Assembly (NCBI GenBank): GCA_040389125.1
Contig: JAZKAN010000001.1
Coordinates: 111,398-175,397 of the forward strand
DNA from: Patescibacteria group bacterium
GTDB lineage: Bacteria; Patescibacteriota; Minisyncoccia; Phycocordibacterales; DATDWN01
Length of the DNA stretch: 64,000 bases
Direction of reading: 5' to 3'
Positions within the stretch are counted from its first letter, which is position 1. Each line of letters begins with the position of its first letter. A model generated the notes under the pieces. The model did not search any database. It was not told the origin of the DNA and saw nothing but the letters and a program-made list of their open reading frames with translations. Positions 61,629 through 64,000 of this stretch are shown here, one piece after another. The position numbers and the translations under genes were made by a program.

Positions 61629-62465
61629 ATGCTACAATATTTACACCACACACCGATGACAAAGCAACGTACTATTCGCCACACATTTTTGAGTTATCCT
61701 AAAACCTTAGGTGAGCGACTATATTCTATATTTCTCGGACCACTTTTGTTTATTATTGTTCTTTTTATTGTTCTCAAATTTTTTTCATTTACTCCAGGAA
61801 ATATTGAAAATATAAATATTTCACGACTTATCCTTGCCTCACTGCATACTCTTTCTCGACTAATCTGTGCGTACGTCCTCGCACTTGTGTGTGCAGTTCC
61901 ACTTGCACTTCTCGCAACTGCAAACAACACTACAGAAAAAATATTTCTTCCGATGTTTGATATTCTCGAATCTGTTCCTGTCCTTGCTTTTTTCCCAGTG
62001 CTTATTTTATTTTTTATTCGTATTAATTTTCTAAACGGAGCAGCAATTTTTATTATATTTTTGTCGATGCTCTGGAATATCGTCTTTACAATAGTAGGCG
62101 GACTCAAAATAATTCCAAAAGATATTATATATGCATCCAAAGTATTTGGTATTCGCGGATGGAAATATCTTTTTCAAGTACTCCTGCCAGCAATTTTCCC
62201 AGAAATAGTAACCGGTTCGATCCTCGCATTTGCACAAGGCTGGAACCTTATTATCATTGCCGAGGTAATCCATACATATATTCCAAATGCAACACAAAGT
62301 CAGGATTTATTTGGGATTGGTAGTATTCTGGTCAACGCATCCGCAAGTGGTCAGACAGACATGTTTCTCATCTGCATCGGTGTTATGATTGTAGTTATCG
62401 GTTGTATCAATTATTTTGTATGGCAAAAATTAATTCATTATGCAGAACGATTCAAATTTGAATAA
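61629..62465 (+). CDS. ABC transporter permease (NitT/TauT-type)
   Basis: BPD_transp_1-like EAA region (ASKVFGIRGWKYLFQVLLPAIFPEIVTG). The track start 61623 is TTG. Confidence 0.85.
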   Translation: MLQYLHHTPMTKQRTIRHTFLSYPKTLGERLYSIFLGPLLFIIVLFIVLKFFSFTPGNIENINISRLILASLHTLSRLICAYVLALVCAVPLALLATANNTTEKIFLPMFDILESVPVLAFFPVLILFFIRINFLNGAAIFIIFLSMLWNIVFTIVGGLKIIPKDIIYASKVFGIRGWKYLFQVLLPAIFPEIVTGSILAFAQGWNLIIIAEVIHTYIPNATQSQDLFGIGSILVNASASGQTDMFLICIGVMIVVIGCINYFVWQKLIHYAERFKFE

Positions 62466-63168
62466 TCCGATTATCGTTTTTAATGCCGTCGGAAAAACAT
62501 ATCAAAAAAATGATCATGCATTAAATGATGTAAGTTTTAGTATTGCCTCCGGTGAATTCGTCTGCATTATTGGACCATCTGGCGAGGGCAAAAGCACAAT
62601 TCTCAAATTAATTGCGGGATTAGAACACGAAACAACAGGCACAATTACTCGTCCAGATCATGTATCAATGGTGTTTCAAACTGTAGCATTGTTTCCTTGG
62701 CTCACTGTATATGACAACATTGCTATTGGTCTTCGTGCACAGAACATACCAGAACATATAGTACGCAAAACGATTGAAAAATATTTAGATTTGATGAAAC
62801 TTACGTATTTTGTAAATCATCGTCCTGGTGATCTCTCTGGTGGACAAAAACAGCGGGTAGGTATTGCACGAGCTCTCGCACTTGACCCAGAGGTACTCCT
62901 TCTTGATGAGCCTTTTTCAGCACTTGATCCAAAAACAACAGCAGAACTCCACGATGATATTATTGGGATATGGAAGGAAACAAAAAAGACGATGCTCATG
63001 GTATCACACCAGATCGAGGAAGCTGTTTCTCTTGCAGAGCGAATTATTCTCATTAAAAAATATACTGTTGACCAAATATTTTCCGTTGATCTGCCATACC
63101 CACGCAGAGAGCAAGAAAATCAATTTATGCAAAAAGTCGGCAAAGTCAGAAAAGAGTTTTTTAAGTAG
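62440..63168 (+). CDS. ABC transporter ATP-binding protein (NitT/TauT-type)
   Basis: GPSGEGKSTILKLIAG, LSGGQKQRVGIARAL, LLLDEPFSALD. Confidence 0.92.
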   Translation: MQNDSNLNNPIIVFNAVGKTYQKNDHALNDVSFSIASGEFVCIIGPSGEGKSTILKLIAGLEHETTGTITRPDHVSMVFQTVALFPWLTVYDNIAIGLRAQNIPEHIVRKTIEKYLDLMKLTYFVNHRPGDLSGGQKQRVGIARALALDPEVLLLDEPFSALDPKTTAELHDDIIGIWKETKKTMLMVSHQIEEAVSLAERIILIKKYTVDQIFSVDLPYPRREQENQFMQKVGKVRKEFFK

Positions 63169-63350
63169 TGTGCAATACAAATCTATATAACTTTTTTGAC
63201 CATATGGGTCCAGCAGAATTGATACCAATTCGAGGAGTTCTAAGAATTTTTATTTTCTTTTGAGAATCACTAGTTTGGATATTCTCTTCTATCCACAATC
63301 CACTTTTTTTACCAAGCGTTTTTCACCATATGCACATTTACTATACATAC

Positions 63351-63821
63351 CTACACTATCTGCAAAATATTAAATTTGAAAAATGGTTGTTTTGTGTATT
63401 TTTCCAACTCCAAAAATTCAGCGTCAGTGACTTTTAAAGATATATTTATAGCTAATTCCTTACTTTCAATTTCATACTGATGATTATCTTGAAGATAAAT
63501 CATGATTGACGTTGATAATTCAGTATTGGTAGTAGATCTAATTTTTTGCATACTACCCATCCGCAAACCATTCAGATCTGCTACATCACCATCGTTTAAT
63601 AATTCAACCTCAATTTCAAGAGTTTTATATAAATTATTAATATCCCATTCAATGCCATTTTTTTTATACGCATCAAATGTTCCAGATAAAGCAATTTGCC
63701 CACCATAATATTGAAATGCCTCATCCTGGGCCACAATATCATATCGCCCACCTTTTTCGGAGATTTCATCAGAAGCTGATCTTGTAAGTTGTGTTATTTT
63801 AAATTTTTTTGAAAATTTCAT
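63351..63821 (-). CDS. Hypothetical protein
   Basis: The track start 63863 is TTG; first ATG at 63821. No motif. Confidence 0.5.
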   Translation of the reverse strand: MKFSKKFKITQLTRSASDEISEKGGRYDIVAQDEAFQYYGGQIALSGTFDAYKKNGIEWDINNLYKTLEIEVELLNDGDVADLNGLRMGSMQKIRSTTNTELSTSIMIYLQDNHQYEIESKELAINISLKVTDAEFLELEKYTKQPFFKFNILQIV

Positions 63822-63901
63822 ATATTGAATATTATATATAGCAAACGCAGTAAGTATAGCCAATATAGAACAAAAAGAAAAGATGGGGTGTTTCCTACTT
63901 T

Positions 63902-64000
63902 TTAATGTAGACCTATTTGATATTCGTATAGCTTCCTGTACACACCAGCCTCAATTTTAATTAATTCTGTATGTGACCCATTTTCAACAATTCTCCCTTT
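63902..64000 (-). CDS. C-terminal end of an ABC ATP-binding protein (5' part outside the window)
   Basis: My translation is KGRIVENGSHTELIKIEAGVYRKLYEYQIGLH*, a typical ABC exporter C-terminus. Confidence 0.7.
   Translation of the reverse strand, partial: KGRIVENGSHTELIKIEAGVYRKLYEYQIGLH

Noticed and set aside
1-64000. CRISPR arrays, rRNA genes, transposases, alternative genetic code
   Set aside because: I saw no regularly spaced direct repeats, no rRNA-like conserved blocks and no DDE/IS-type ORFs. Long uninterrupted ORFs with ordinary TAA/TAG/TGA stops argue for the standard bacterial code.

Overview
Hand annotation with no tools. Motif coordinates were counted manually, and family calls rest on motifs I recognise in the supplied translations. 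The window is a low-GC chromosome segment. Gene content suggests a CPR/Patescibacteria-like host, but that is inference. An integrated mobile region of about 34.7 kb (roughly 10.9-45.6 kb) interrupts it. Left host block (1-10.7 kb): a truncated ABC exporter, mnmA, mltG, a membrane protein, a sigma-r4/HARE-HTH protein, leuS carrying an inserted Nudix domain, a VIT1-family transporter and a DUF5671-like membrane protein. Mobile region, almost entirely on the minus strand: small basic peptide; tyrosine integrase; a ~250-nt highly structured leader RNA; a PRTase plus TrpR/YerC-like pair; SppA; an RloC/PrrC-like ABC-ATPase-HEPN protein with a Cas4-like nuclease; two DNA methyltransferases converging on a nuclease with catalytically dead LAGLIDADG motifs fused to a PD-(D/E)XK domain, plus a degenerate paralog; a lysis cassette; then a complete HK97-type siphovirus module. 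That module runs tail fibre, tape measure, -1 frameshifted chaperone, tail, connectors, capsid, protease, portal-MuF fusion and terminase. It is followed by Dcm and ParB-methylase genes, RusA, a Rep-O-like protein, an ATPase and a SymE/AbrB-like protein. Right host block (45.6-64 kb): ychF, a Liv-type ABC transporter with six paralogous binding proteins, DinB, a flavodoxin-like reductase, a second MltG, malic enzyme and another ABC transporter. I saw no rRNA, tRNA, CRISPR array or transposase. The best candidates for something undescribed are: (1) the structured integrase leader and its 50-nt partner copy at the SymE-like start codon; (2) the two-methylase plus dead-LAGLIDADG/PD-(D/E)XK cluster; (3) the RloC-like/Cas4-like/acidic peptide/SppA operon; (4) the PRTase plus TrpR-like cargo pair; (5) the Nudix domain inserted in LeuRS. 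The att sites were not resolved.
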